In this document: positions 12,088 through 25,084 of the stretch, piece by piece | Numbering within the stretch: the first letter of the stretch is position 1 | Layout: each line of letters opens with the position of its first letter | Assembly: GCA_973895155.1 (NCBI GenBank) | Contig: OZ316894.1 | Location: forward strand, 19,846,451-19,910,450 | Source of the DNA: Marsupella aquatica | Lineage: Eukaryota > Plantae > Marchantiophyta | DNA length: 64,000 nucleotides | Direction: 5' to 3' | The notes under the pieces: model-generated | What the model saw: only the letters and a program-made list of their open reading frames with translations | Databases searched by the model: none | What the model was told of the DNA's origin: nothing | Translations under genes and position numbers: made by a program

Positions 12088-15000
12088 TGACTCTGTACGA
12101 CACGGCACGCTATGGAAAGACATTAGCAATTACCAAAGTATGAAACAAAGCTAGGTGAAGCTCGCAATGAACGTAGTGGCTTGCTACTAACTGTACGTAT
12201 GTCTGCGAGGCCACTGTATCCGTATAGCCATACCCAAATAGATTTCGCTACTACCAAGGACATCAAAGAAGCATTGCAGAGATTAAGTATAATTGCTTGA
12301 TGGAATGACTTTACCCGCGTAATCAGTTCTTCCTCCGAGTTTTATGTCTTCAAAATCGGGACAACGCTGCCTCCTCACGATTCAGGACTTCTTTCGAAAG
12401 AACCGATTAACCACTTACTAGTTGGACAAAAAGCTCTCCTCACCACTTCCGACTCGACATTGTGAAATGCTCAGCTGTTCAGCAAAAGATTTAGATAACA
12501 GTTACTCCCACCAAGCGTTTTCAAGAGAGTTCAATATTAAAATTTGTTGCATGTTTACAGAAGGGAGATCATAAGCATGACCAAGATGATGCTGAGCAGG
12601 ATCGTTTAGTTGCGGGACCTTCAATGTGAATTTTGAAAGCTAGTGCGGCACTACTGTAGCACTGGAGGAGCGTACATCAAATATTGAACGTCCAGATGTC
12701 GGCATCGTTCGATATGGCGAGTGTTTATTAGGACAGATTCCTAATGTGTCCGAATTGCACGATCAGTAGCTCGAGCAGTAGCTACATAAGCGCCAATTTT
12801 CAGTACCGCCTGTTTCAAACGTTAGAAGGTCCTATGTATCTCCACCACTAGACCTGGCGATGCGATACACAACCTATTGGGCCGAGCGACAGCAGATGGA
12901 GGAGCAATATTAATTAAGCTGTGTCATCCTAAAGAAGAAGTTTGGACGCCACAATATCCAACTCCAATGCTGTGACAGCAAGCTGCACGACACGCACCTG
13001 TAAGATGCAATTCGAAACCAGATATGCGAGATGATCGACTGCGATCTACGATGCCATTGACTGTCAACCACGCGCGAAGTTGCATCAACTCTAAGAGCAT
13101 GCCAAGCCCAACCCAGCATGTACTTAGTTTTTGTAGAAGATAGTTGAACTATATATTACGATGTGCAGAGCTAGCACTAAATCATTACGTTAGGAGGAGC
13201 AGGACAACTACAGTAACCTGTTTCTCAGACCTCGACCATTATTGGGCTACAAATCTAGGACTGCAAGCTCACCACGCATGCATGAACCACCCATACTCTT
13301 ACTTACAATTCCGGATGCATGGTGAAGATGAAGCCTTGGGCCTGCTGTGCATCAAGAACAATTTGACCCTCGGTAGCGGGGATATTGATATGGCTCAACG
13401 CTTTGCAGACAGTACATTGCCCTTTCGTTAACTGTAAGCAAGTAACAATCAGTCCAATCCTAACCCCGACTACCTGCGGCCGATGTTTTCCAGAGAAAGA
13501 CCTTTCGTGCTTCTCGGTTACCAACTTAAGGCAAAGTTTATGAATGCGGTCGGGCATTCATTATGTTGTCTTCCTGGATCCCTACGCGATCAACAGGTTC
13601 CATCGAGCAATAGTGGCAAACAAGATGCATCAACATCGCATCTACCGAGACACGCACTTCGGCGAACTACCAGCAGGTATGAAACACAAAACGCAAGTTC
13701 ACTGATGCAACATTCTAGTTCAAGATAAGCTTTCCTTACCTCAGTAGCAGCTTATGCGATTGAAGACATAGCTGACAACTTCTCCTAAACTTTCGCTGTC
13801 TCGTCGGCCGTCCTATTTCTGGACACTCGTTTTGCTTACGGACGGCGTTGCCCCGTCGCGTGTCACCAAATATGTTGACATACTTCAGTTTCGATCAACT
13901 TCCAACGTCTTTACGTCAATCGATTGACTAATCGCCACTACTATGGTCTTGCATGCGATCAAACCTGAAATACGTCTTCGGTCGCAATGGGATGGAGACA
14001 TCGCATTGAGTCATTCTGCAAGGGCGCATCATCGAAAATAGTTGAGGGAAAACGAGTGAAAAGCTTAAGAAAGGTGGGTCCACATCTGCTTGTAGGTGGG
14101 CAACCTCAGCGTACAGCGCTAAATTATGCATCCTCCTCAGTCATGAACAGGGACGAGTCCACGTGATTCTCGTGGTGGGCCATTCACGACTTCTTTCTCT
14201 CAGAGATGGATGCAATAAAGTGACGAAGAAGCGTAGATCTGAGGATTCTCCCTCTATGATTCCTGTCATTTAGTTAATTGAAAGGTGCAGGTTCAAGACA
14301 GTGTCCTTGCGTTAGTTCATGTTCCAGCACCGCAAATGACCGGCCGTATAGAAACTGAATTCTTTGAAAACCTTCTGTCAGCAAGCATACTCTAAAAAAC
14401 TGGTGATCTTTGCCTGACATAAGGGTGTCATACTGTCATTTCACCAAAGAGCGTAATTCCACCATTCAGGGCTACGGTCCCTGCAGAGTCATTTATGACT
14501 CTCCGTACCCGCTGCCTCGTACTTCTGCCCGATCCCTGAGAGAAGGTAAAAACTTTCTCACAGCAGGCTCTGCTGCAGTGGTAGCCCACTAGAGTGGGGA
14601 GGAGTATTTCGAGGGTTCGAAATTTCCTGGATGCAGTGCTCTATGAACGTACCCCTCCCGGAATGAATGGGGGGTGCAGGTAACTTTAATGACATTTACA
14701 AAAATTGACAGCAGTTTTCAGTATTTTTTGGCAGCATACCTATACGGACAAGCAGCATATGGTCCGCAAGTCCAGGGATTAGTCTCCCTGAATTCTACTT
14801 GAGTTTGACTTTGCTCACAAACCTGGTATCGACCCGATTGCTTGCCACTTTAGCTGGGGACGAGTATCAACCATTTGATAAGTCCATAATCTTCTTTAAA
14901 GGAGTTGGTTTAGACAAATCGATTGTGCGTGAAATATAGAGGACACTCTAAAGGTGGGCAATATAAATGTTATGATGAGGATAAAACCTGTTCATGTCCA

Positions 15001-15339
15001 GGCACAGTGTAATCTTTAAGGTTTTTCTTTATTAGCCAAAGTGGCAAAAGTCAAAGAATGTGGTTGAAGGAGAAGATGTTAGGAATATTTTTTATCTGAA
15101 AATCCCAAATTATTTTCTGACTGTTAGATCTCCCTAGATTTAAGGATGAGGTAAAATTCTGGTTAACGGGACCTGTGACTAGGTGAGAAACTGGCAAATG
15201 TGACATTGGAAAAACTAGAGACTGAGGTGGAATCTAGCAAAAAATTGGCCACTAAAGGAAACCTTTAAAGCATCCCAATTTGCCTTAGGATATTGCCTTT
15301 GGTTGTCACTCGTCATATTTATAGTAAATTGTTGCTTTT

Positions 15340-18300
15340 GGTTTCACGACCGTAACCCTTTGATTCTGAACATGTTTTGGGGGTCCATTCCTTCTTAGTC
15401 CTTGTACTCTTACAACCTCGAGTGGGGCTCAAACCCATAAGCTTGTCCACCAGGCTTCACATGAAACAAAGTTCTAATGAATGTGTTTGATGCAAGTGAA
15501 TATCCAGGGACACTAACCATTGGCCACTTTGTTCAATGTCTATTACCTAAATATCAGGACCTATGTATCAAGTTAAAAGATAAATTGAGAGTAGCAAAAA
15601 CAAAAGCCATTTGCGCTTCCCAGCTCATGAAAGCTTTGATCAATTGGACTTCATACTGGTTTGTAAACCTAGTGACCATCACACGATCACTATATACCTA
15701 GTCACAAACCTTGGAAGACTTTCTGCACTATGCTCATCATGGAAATTAAGCATTTCAAAGAAATTGAAAAACTCCACAATTGCGATTCCGCAAAAGACTT
15801 TCTTAAAAGGATTTTCCTTGCAAACAAGTAAAGTAGATTGATAGTTTATCTAAAACACTCAAAGTGCCCATCCACAACCCATCATATCAATCCATCAAGT
15901 CTCTAGTATGCTTCTAATCCATAATCTAGTAACTATGATTGAGAGATATACTTAATGGACCTCCAAATGCAACTGACTCCTTTACTTAATAGACCAAAAG
16001 TTGCACACTCTCTCCCAGTGGACCTTCGGGCCCACCAGAGGTACCATTTTGTGTGAGATGTTCTTCTAACGCACTCTGCAATTCTTATAACACGAGATTG
16101 GCACTATAAAACATAGCATGTTCTATTGATCTTCAGTGTCCAACCGTACACTGAAATTTTTGTTAGTTCTAATAAATGGATGCAACAACCGGAAGCCGGA
16201 GTTGAGAGGGGTGTCGGGCGGTGATGGATGACAAGGGAACCATTGAGGGGGTACAAGGAGGCCACAAGGCAGCCCAAGGACTTGGAGGCACGATGTGGGC
16301 ATCTCAGAGGGGTGGGGGCTGGCCAGAGGCTCCACATAAGGCGCAAAACGGGAATAATGACCAAAATATAGAAAACATTAAAATTTAAACAGACGTTGCT
16401 GCTCTAGTAGTATTCCAAACATGGTCATGTTTGGATTCATTTTGAAGCCCTCAATGAGCCCCATGCGAAACTGAGGTTCTCTAGTTGATTTTAGGTCTAT
16501 ATCAAAAAGGGATATCTCAAGGGACCTCAACGCCCGTAAAACGGTAAACTAGACAATCTTGGAGTAGTGATGGTGGGAGGGCCCTTAGAAGGAAGGGACT
16601 CCCACAATTTCCCTTCCTCAATCTATAGTTTCCCACAATTTTCCTTCCCCACTCCGTAGAAGGGGCACTCCGTAGAAGTTAGGGGCACTCCGTAGAATAA
16701 CACATCCGTAGAAGGGGCACTCTGTAAAAGAACACATCCGTAGAAGGGGCCCCCACACTTTCTTCCTCCCCTTTTTCTCTATTCACACTTGTGAGTTTCC
16801 CACCCATACCTAAACCCTAAACCCTTTCCCCCTTGTGCTTGCTTTCGACGTGTGTACCCTGGTTGTACAAACATCAGATTTTTGACCATCTCAAAATCAG
16901 GAGTTTACGGGTTTGTTGGAAGGAGCTCGTTGAGCTGAATCCAACGATGTGTCACACGGCCAAAACGGAGTTAAAATGATAAAGATACGTTAGATTATGT
17001 TTTGACAAAAATCTCTCGACGTTGGATCCGTACGGACGTCCGTACATCCGGCAGCCAGGGACCCTAATTTTTTCCCCAAAGTGGAGATGGCAGCAGCAAA
17101 GCTGGGGACCCCTGTTGTGGGAGAAGCCGGGCCCCCTGGTGTTGTACGAACGAAACGGAGGGGGACGGTGTCCCGTAAAAACTTAAACGATCATATCTCG
17201 TCCGTTTGGGATCCGTTTTGAGTGTCATTTACGGATCCGTGATCAGGAGGAGCAGGGCTGTCCAGGGCTCCCCTCAGGGGAGTAGTTTGAAATATTTGAG
17301 GTTTCGACCATGGGAGGGCCTCCTCACTTCCACAGGACTACGGATTCTGGATTGTTGTTTGGCACCATCGAAGGCACTGTCGGTCCCGTAGTTACATTAG
17401 GGTTCTAGGTAGTATGTGTGTGCCGCATGATTTAGGTTAGGGAATTCTTGAATGAGGTTTTAGCGGTGCCACTAGGGTAGCCGCCATCGTTGTGACCCCA
17501 TGAGGGGTGCTTTGGTGTGTTTTTTTTTGTATTTAGGAGGGAGCCCCATAGTGAATCGGGGGGCCGGGTCGGGGGGAACTCAGTTTAGTAATTATGGAGA
17601 GATCTTTGTGAGTAGCACACGGAAGAGGAGGGATTTCAACCAGAGTAGTGAGGTGGAGGACGTACTGCTTGTCCCAGGGAGGCAGGAGTTGGGCAGACGG
17701 CAGGAGGCCGGGTTGTCCTTGCATGTGTTGTGTACACCACTAAGAGATATAGATTTGGTTTGAAGTTCAGAAATTTGGTGTATCACTTGTTACTTCTTGC
17801 GTTGCTTGTTTTCCTCCCCTAGTGCATCATGTGGTTGGCTTTGTTGTCAAAGCGATTGCCCTGGTCACTAGTGTTAAAATCTTATTGTAAAATGTTTGTA
17901 CGGTTGCCCATGTGAGGGGGAGTGGTGACAGCACTCATCCAATGGCCATTAGTTGTAGAATGTAGGACCAGTTCGCAAGACTTGATCAAAAACGTAGAGG
18001 CCAGTTAGTAGACTTGATCAAAAAGTACACTTCCGGGAGCGGAATCAAACATACTCATCCTTAGGTGTGGGAATCCTCCAAATAGCGGCCCTCCACGACC
18101 CCGTAACACAATACCAACAGTTTATGCAAAGGAAAGTACAATTTTACGTATAAATGGTTGGATAGGCAAGTGACACTGCGGAGTCATGAATATAATTTTT
18201 GCAATGTGAGTAATGAATATGTACATTGTGTGACATGTATACCATCCAATCATGGTTTGTGCATTCTTATCTAGTACTCTCTTCATTTTTGGAATAGATC

Positions 18301-19720
18301 ATGCAAGTGTACAATGTTCAAAGAGAGCAAGAAATCAAGCAACATTGGATATTATTTACTAAATCCAACGACAATACACATGTACATAGGCGTATTGATC
18401 ATTTCATATTTATTATCGAGAATACATTGGTGACAAAACAGGGCTATAATTTTCCCCAAGTTGTGAACATAGTTGTAAAGCTCATTGGTCAACCTAGTCA
18501 TGGTTCAACATTGTTAATTGTAGCATTAACTTCATCCACATTACTCATGATTCTATCAATTGCCTTACAGTGGAAAGAGCTAGCATCAGCTTGGCTACTT
18601 TGGCTACAGTCTTGGAGCATTTGTGATATGTGCAATGAATCCAGAATGTCAATTGAATGATTATCATCCTCCTCCACATGTATGGCAATAGTGACCTCTT
18701 GTGATACAGACCTAGGGATTACAAATTCACGTTGTGCCTTGCGCAAGGGCCCACAAACTGTCAATTTTGTCCAACGTCTACCTTTATATGGGTCTGGTTA
18801 TACATGAGGTGGTTTCTATTACTCTTGCAATTTATCCACATGTCAAAGCAATCAGCAAACACACCCATCTGATTAGCAATGAATCATAGCCACCAAAGAC
18901 AATTAAAGAAGGTGTGCTCACCCCTACCGGTGCAGTCACCTCTCCTGATGGGATTGCAAATACATTTGATGGAAGGGCAATGCCCTCAGCATCGATAGCG
19001 TTGTCTCTCTCTGGTCCTGGTTGTGCACCCACATCCTCTGCTTGTTCAGATGAATCTTGCAATTGCAAGGTTCAAATCAATACCAATCATGTGTTTGTGT
19101 TTGGAAACTCTCGTGCGAGAAACAAGAATCTTGCAGATGAAATAATGGGGTTAAGTGATCCTCTGAAGTCATCCAGCTCTTGTTTGTCCCAACTGAATCT
19201 CCATCTCAACGACTAAATTCTCAGGAGCAAAGTACTAGATGAGATTGGAAATCCAAGTGGGGATGCAAAGACTTGTCGAGCGACAATGTGAAGACCCCTG
19301 CAATTGTTATGAAAAAATGATCCGAAACAGAGTGAGTTGCGGGAATTTCAGTTGAGAGACATATGGAAAAAACACGTTGTTGATGAATTAAGATGAACTA
19401 TCATTTATTCCCCAGTTCCAATCTGTTCGGATCACTCTGACCTTTGACGTAGACTGCAACTATTCAAACGAACGTCTGGTCTTCTGGGGGGCCTTGTCAA
19501 TGATAAACAAATGGAACTTCCAAAGGGTCCCTAGATTGTCTGCAGCTGCTCGAAATCCTAATGCATAGAGTGCAACATCCCTGGAAACACCAAGTCTCCA
19601 ACTTACTTTTGTTACAATCCTTCTCCAACACACTGCCCAAATCAACACCACCCCACCAAAATACACTCAAAGGTCACCCGATGAACACTGCAAAAGTGAA
19701 AACCTGTGCACAACAGAATC
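15340..19720. repeat. Degenerate unclassified dispersed repeat with an internal insertion
   Basis: 15340-15935 resembles 23720-24270, and 19080-19720 resembles 24500-25075, in the same orientation. The arrangement recurs at 48566-54040 and 55830-57240. No recognisable intact domain. Confidence 0.5.
16000..18110. mobile_element. Putative LTR-derived/non-autonomous repeat with minisatellite and telomere-like motifs (copy at about 49200-52440)
   Basis: It contains a (ccgtagaaggggcact)-like 16-20 bp minisatellite at 16652-16750, CCCTAAA motifs at about 16808, a 'ttggaaggagctcgttgagctgaatccaacg' motif of the kind seen in plant LTRs, and a PPT-like 'gtgagggggag' at about 17913. Boundaries are uncertain. 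Confidence 0.35.
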
Positions 19721-20408
19721 AGACTGACAGAAGATTTAAGATTTTCATCAAAATTCAGTTTTGTGAATTTCAGTTGAAAGAAATTGTAGACGGAGATGAA
19801 TTATTGTGTATTCCATTGCTCCCATATTGTGGATTATAGCCAACCGCTTAGGCAAATTGTCCAGCTGTCATGAACTTCATGAGTATGTAGTGAATTTTCA
19901 AAACACGGTGTGACATCTTGACTAAGTGGGTCATCAAAATTGTCAACTATTTTGACGGAAATGTCTTACCTTTGAATTTTTGCATATGTGTCCATTTATT
20001 TGGAGGACAATTACTTTCCTACACGACTACATCTAAAACACCAAGTTAACATTTTTTGAAGTTAAAAGATTGGTTAAGTAACTTAAAATTTTGAAGTTGA
20101 GGGCTCACAAGGATATTTGTCGGTGTGCTTCCCACTTTGAGTAAAGCTTGTGTGCTAAAAGACCAACGATTTAAAAAGGCAAAGAATTCCAAGCAGACAG
20201 TGTTTTTAGGAAAACAGTGAGCATGCATTGGTGTATGAAATATACATCTAGGTGGAATTGTTTACCCACAATTCTTTTTGCTCTAGCCACAGTGCATATT
20301 AAGTCCCCTACCTGACCCATACGTTTATACAATTACAGACGTAACTGGAAATTGGGACATTGAATGAGATCATTCTCAGTCCCCACCAGTGTGACCTAAG
20401 AGACAGGT

Positions 20409-22608
20409 CGCCGTCCCAAGTGAACGTTTGATGGTTACCCGTTAATCGTGCCAACGGGGCACTGATTTGGGAGTAACTCTTGATGTAACGACGATAGAAA
20501 CCTCCACTTCCCAGAAACCTTCTGACTTGAGTTGCACTATTGGGAACTGGCATCTCTTTAATGATTTTTATCTTATCTGGGTCTACTAACAAGCCTTGTT
20601 TACAAACTATGTGTCCTAATATCTTGCCCGATGGTACAAAGAAGGTGCACTTATCAGGGTTCAGGCTGATTCCCCCTTCCCTACATCTTAAGAGGCATAA
20701 TCTGAGATGACCTATATGTTGCTCTTCCTCTCCGTATATGGTGAAGTCATCTAGGAAGATTTGCATAAACTGATTCAAATACTCATGAAATAACATCATC
20801 ATTAATCGTTGGAATGTACTAGGCCCATTGCATAATCCAAAGGGTAATACGAGACACTGGAAAGCGCCCCATTCCGTAATGAAAGTGGTCAGCTCCCTTG
20901 CTTCTGTGGCTAACCGGACCTGACTGTACCCGCTGTACCCATCTAAAAATGAGTAAGCTGACTTTCCTGCTACCACATCCAGAACTGCTTCTAGAAAGGG
21001 TACCGGAAAAGGGTCTTTTATGGTCGCTGCGTTTAACTTTCTGAAATCAATGCAGACTCTTAACTTCCCATTTTTCTTAGGTACTACGACTATCGGGGAT
21101 AGCCACGTATAACGCTTAACAGGTTCAATGAATTTGGCATCAAGGAGCCTTTGGATTTCTTCTTTTACCTTTTCCGCATAGTTGGGGTTCATCCTATATC
21201 GTTGTGTCTGCACCGGTACTGATCCTGGTACGAGTCGGATTCGATGTACGCCAATTGACTCTGGAACTCACTTTAACTCCGTGTAATCCCAGGCAAAAAC
21301 ATCTCGGAATTCGGCGAGTAGGGTAACAAGTTCCTCTTTGAGCTCGGGGGAAGGTGTTTCCCTATCTTTACTTCTCGTGGTCGTTCAGTGTCACTCAAAT
21401 CGACCTTCTGAATGTGCTCCTCTTTGGTGGCACTCCATCCCACCACCTTCTCTGCTAGATCCTGCAAGGTGGTCTGTGCTTCTTCCTCCTTTAATGAGCA
21501 CTCCTGAATGCCTTGCGGGTCTATGTGTTTAAACAGATCGTTTCGTAGATCATGATCCATTTTTTCTTTGGTCATTCCTTGCATCTCGTCGAGCTTGACT
21601 ATTTCCATATCTGAAATTGGGACTAAGTCTGGACGGCATTTTAAATAGGTCTCTTCTTCATCCTCATTCAACCCCTCTGCCCAGTTCAAGGTACAGACTC
21701 TGGCCATAGGTGGTACCCCGTCCTCGATAGCCTTGGTTCTGATCTTGAAAGTCTCTCCTCTGTGTTCTATTTTTATATAATCCTTCTCTTCCCCCCAATG
21801 TTGTTTTACTTTGGCCTGTCTTAGCCAAGGTCGTCCTAACAACATGGGTTGTCCTCGGGTGGAATCTGCTTCTCTCAAAACTACCACTCCTAAATTGTAC
21901 TTGATGCCTGAAATCAGCATTGGTAAGTCTGGCACGTACCCCAGTGGGTGACAGCTGCTTTGATCGGCCATAAATTATTAAATTAAAAGGGGCTGGTAAG
22001 AGTTTGACTCTGCCTAGCACTCTGTAGGTCTGCTCACTCATGAGGTTTACGGCTGACCCTCCATCCAGCAACACGTTCTTTAGTTTGATGCCCCTTACGC
22101 TGATCTGTACTACGGCTCCTTTGTCGATTAGGGGAATCTTCCCAGCTTGGTATAGTGGTACTCCGGGTAATGTGGTAGGACTAATTCTGCCCCCCAACCA
22201 TCTCATTACTGCTTCCTTGCACTGTGGTGCTAACTGGAACAGTTCCTCGACAGTGATGTCGACTCTGGTCTTCGCGATGAGTTGTACTAGCTTATCCACT
22301 ATTCGCTGGTTCGCTTCGGCAGGGTTATTCGGTGGTTCTTCGTCTCGTGGAAGTTGTCCCGTTTCTTGATTGAATCCCCCCATCGTCACTCCCTCCTCTA
22401 GAATTTCCGTATCTGTCTCTGCGTAAGGTTCTGAACGCATTAATCGTTCAGGTTGTGGCAAAGTCTCGTTCCGCTGTTTGTGGCAAATTTCATCCGCCAT
22501 TTCTCGGGTGGTTGCATCCATTTGGCTCCAATCGAATCCCCCCTCCGTCTCCGGGGAATTGGTTTGGGTTGAGTTCTCTGGCTGCCCTTGAGATCTTGTC
22601 ACCACGTA
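20409..22608 (-). mobile_element. Ty3/gypsy internal fragment (gag end, aspartic protease, reverse transcriptase) without LTRs
   Basis: Protease motif NVLLDGGSAVNLM; RT motifs WLSPIVVVPKKNGKLRVCIDFRKLN, FLDGYSGYSQV, LPFGLCNGPSTFQR and QIFLDDF. It is frameshifted, flanked by a 17-bp direct repeat, and absent from the paralogous site at about 54724. Confidence 0.92.
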
Positions 22609-22841
22609 TGACCTAAGAGACAGGTATTTTTTCGTCATTCAAGCTGTATCGGACAAATCACTATAAAGAGCCTCATGTATGCTAGGTGTGTACTAAAATA
22701 AGGTCTGTGACTACTTTCATCAATCCCATTACATCAACACATATGAATCATGAGCAAATGGTTTTTGTCATATAATTGCATGACCAGATTTTTCGGTCAA
22801 GCATTGAGGGATAGGCAACGTCGGGCACTGGTATGTCATCC

Positions 22842-23630
22842 AATGTGAAATTCTTATCATTCTCCTGGCTCCAATTTGACATTGTTGTAGGTATGACGAG
22901 CGGGAGAGGGATCTCCTGGACTTCAGCATCTACCTAGACATCAGTAACGATGTCAAGTTTGCATGGAAGATTCAGGTAGTTCTCTCTATTTCTGTCCGTG
23001 CTGTTTATGTGGATTCTCTACGCGCCGTAATTTTCTAGTAAAGAGGACTCTGCGTTGGTTCGGTCCACTGGACCATTGTTTGTGCTCGTATTAGAAGGCG
23101 AATTTCTGGCAGCATGTTTTCTCAGTGTCGTGGCAGCCCTTGTCCGAGAAGTCGTATCCTGATTCCCTTGGATGTTAGATTTCCTGTCGCTACTGTATGA
23201 TGTAGGCGTAAGTAGTTCACTTCTATCAGTATTGTGAATAGTGGTGTGTGTCTGTTGTGTAATTGACAGCGGGACATGGCTGAGCGAGGACACAGCTTGG
23301 AGAGCATTGCTGCTCGCAAGCCAGACTTTGATGCTTTTTTAGTAATCTCTTCCTCGACCACTTTCTGATAAACTCTGTTCCCAACCACTTCACAGGCACT
23401 CAATGGTTTCCCTGGTCATAAGGATGTGCTCATCTGCTGACCTTTAAAACAACTTCTGCTCGCAGATCCCCAGAAGCAGCACGCTAATATTGTGGAGAGT
23501 CATTTGATTGGACGAGCTAATTTATGTGGAGAGTCATTTGAGTAACATTTTGACTAAGTTCTACGGAGAGATCACCCAACAGATGTTGAAACACGCTGAC
23601 TTCCCCGGTAGCAAGAACAACGGAACAGGT
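22842..23630 (+). pseudogene. PRK pseudogene fragment (exon 2, deleted exon 3, start of exon 4 fused to part of exon 5)
   Basis: Collinear with 3423-4090 and 4485-4605 including introns. It lacks exon 1 and has internal deletions. Confidence 0.9.
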
Positions 23631-25084
23631 ATCCAAAATTGTTTAGGATATTGCCTTCGGTTCTCAGTCCTGTTTATTTCAAGTAAATTGTTCATCAGAA
23701 AGTAAACTGCTTTTGGTTGCACGACTGTCTGCCTTTTGATTCTCAACATGTTCTGGAGGTTCATTCCGTAGTAGTCCTTTTACTCTTACATGAGTGGGGT
23801 TCAAACGCACAAGCTTGCCCACCAGGGTTGAGATACAAAATTGTAATGAATGTGTTTGATGTGAACCAATTTCCAGTAGCACTAAAAATTGCCCACATTT
23901 GTTTCTGTTACCGAAATATCAGGATCTACGTATCAAGTTCAAACAGAAAATGAGAGTTGCAAAAACAGAAGCCACCTTCGCTTCACACTTTGATCAATTG
24001 CACTGAAACTACTGGTTTGCAAACCTAAACACTATCACACAATGACTACTCGACAACCTTGGACGACTTTCTTCAGAACGCACATCGTGAAACGCCTTTT
24101 CAAAGAAAATAAAATACCCAAAAATTCAGATTTGCTACAAGGATTCTCATTTGCAAACACAAAGTACTGTAGTTTGCCAGTCTTCCTGAAACACTCAAAA
24201 TGCTCGTTTTCAACCCATCATATCACTCAATTACTCCGTCATGTTCCTAATCTAGAATTTAGTACTGCGATTAATAATTTCAGCAACTCTTGCCTGGCGT
24301 GTTCCTAATCTAGAAATTAGTACTGCGATTAATAATTTCAGCAACTCTTACCTGGAGGAAAATTGAAGTTCAAATGAGGAAAAAGCAAATGACATAGATC
24401 GGTGATACCTCAAAACTGATATCCCAAATGGCTTCCAATGAGATCCAGACCTCGTAATATTCGAAGTGCCCAAACGCAACTCATAACATCAATCCCACTT
24501 GGAGACGGATTTGGAAGTTTGGAAACTGGAATGCCAGAAACAGAAAGCTTTACGCCACCAATCGCGCCACATGAAACAATGGGATTAAGTGCTTCTCTAA
24601 AGTCGTCTAGCTCTTGTTTGCCCCAACTGGATCTACATGAATGACTCAATTTTCTGGAGCAAAGTAATAGATGGGATTGGAAATTCAAGTGGGGTTGCAA
24701 AGACGGGTGGGAGTGAAAATGCAAAGACCCCTGCAAATGTCATGAAAAATAGATCCAAAACAAAGTGAGTTTCAGGAATTTCAGTTGAGAGACGGAAAAA
24801 ATAAGTTGTTGAGGGAGATGAACTATGATTTATTGCCCCGTGCCAATCTATTCGGATCACTCAGGACAGAGAATTCAACTATTCAAACGGACGTCTAGCC
24901 TTCTGGATGATAAACAAATGGAAGTTCCAAAGGGTGCCCCGGATTGTCTCAAGCTACTCCAACATCTGATGCATACAGTGCACCATCCCCGCAAACATGC
25001 AATCCCAATTTACTTTCGTTAAGACCTCTCTCCAACTCATCGCCCAAATCAACTACCACCCCACCAAAACACACTGAGCCTTCT

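Larger units (their letters stand above)
12088..25075. repeat. Spacer of segmental duplication, unit A (paralogous to about 34931-57185)
   Basis: Long collinear near-identity: 12088-12707 with 34931-35549, 14030-15223 with 35545-41875 (minus the LINE), and 15365-25070 with 48566-57185. Confidence 0.9.

Noticed and set aside
24242-24350. 58-bp tandem duplication (also 56349-56456)
   Set aside because: It is real but an ordinary local slippage event in a degenerate repeat.
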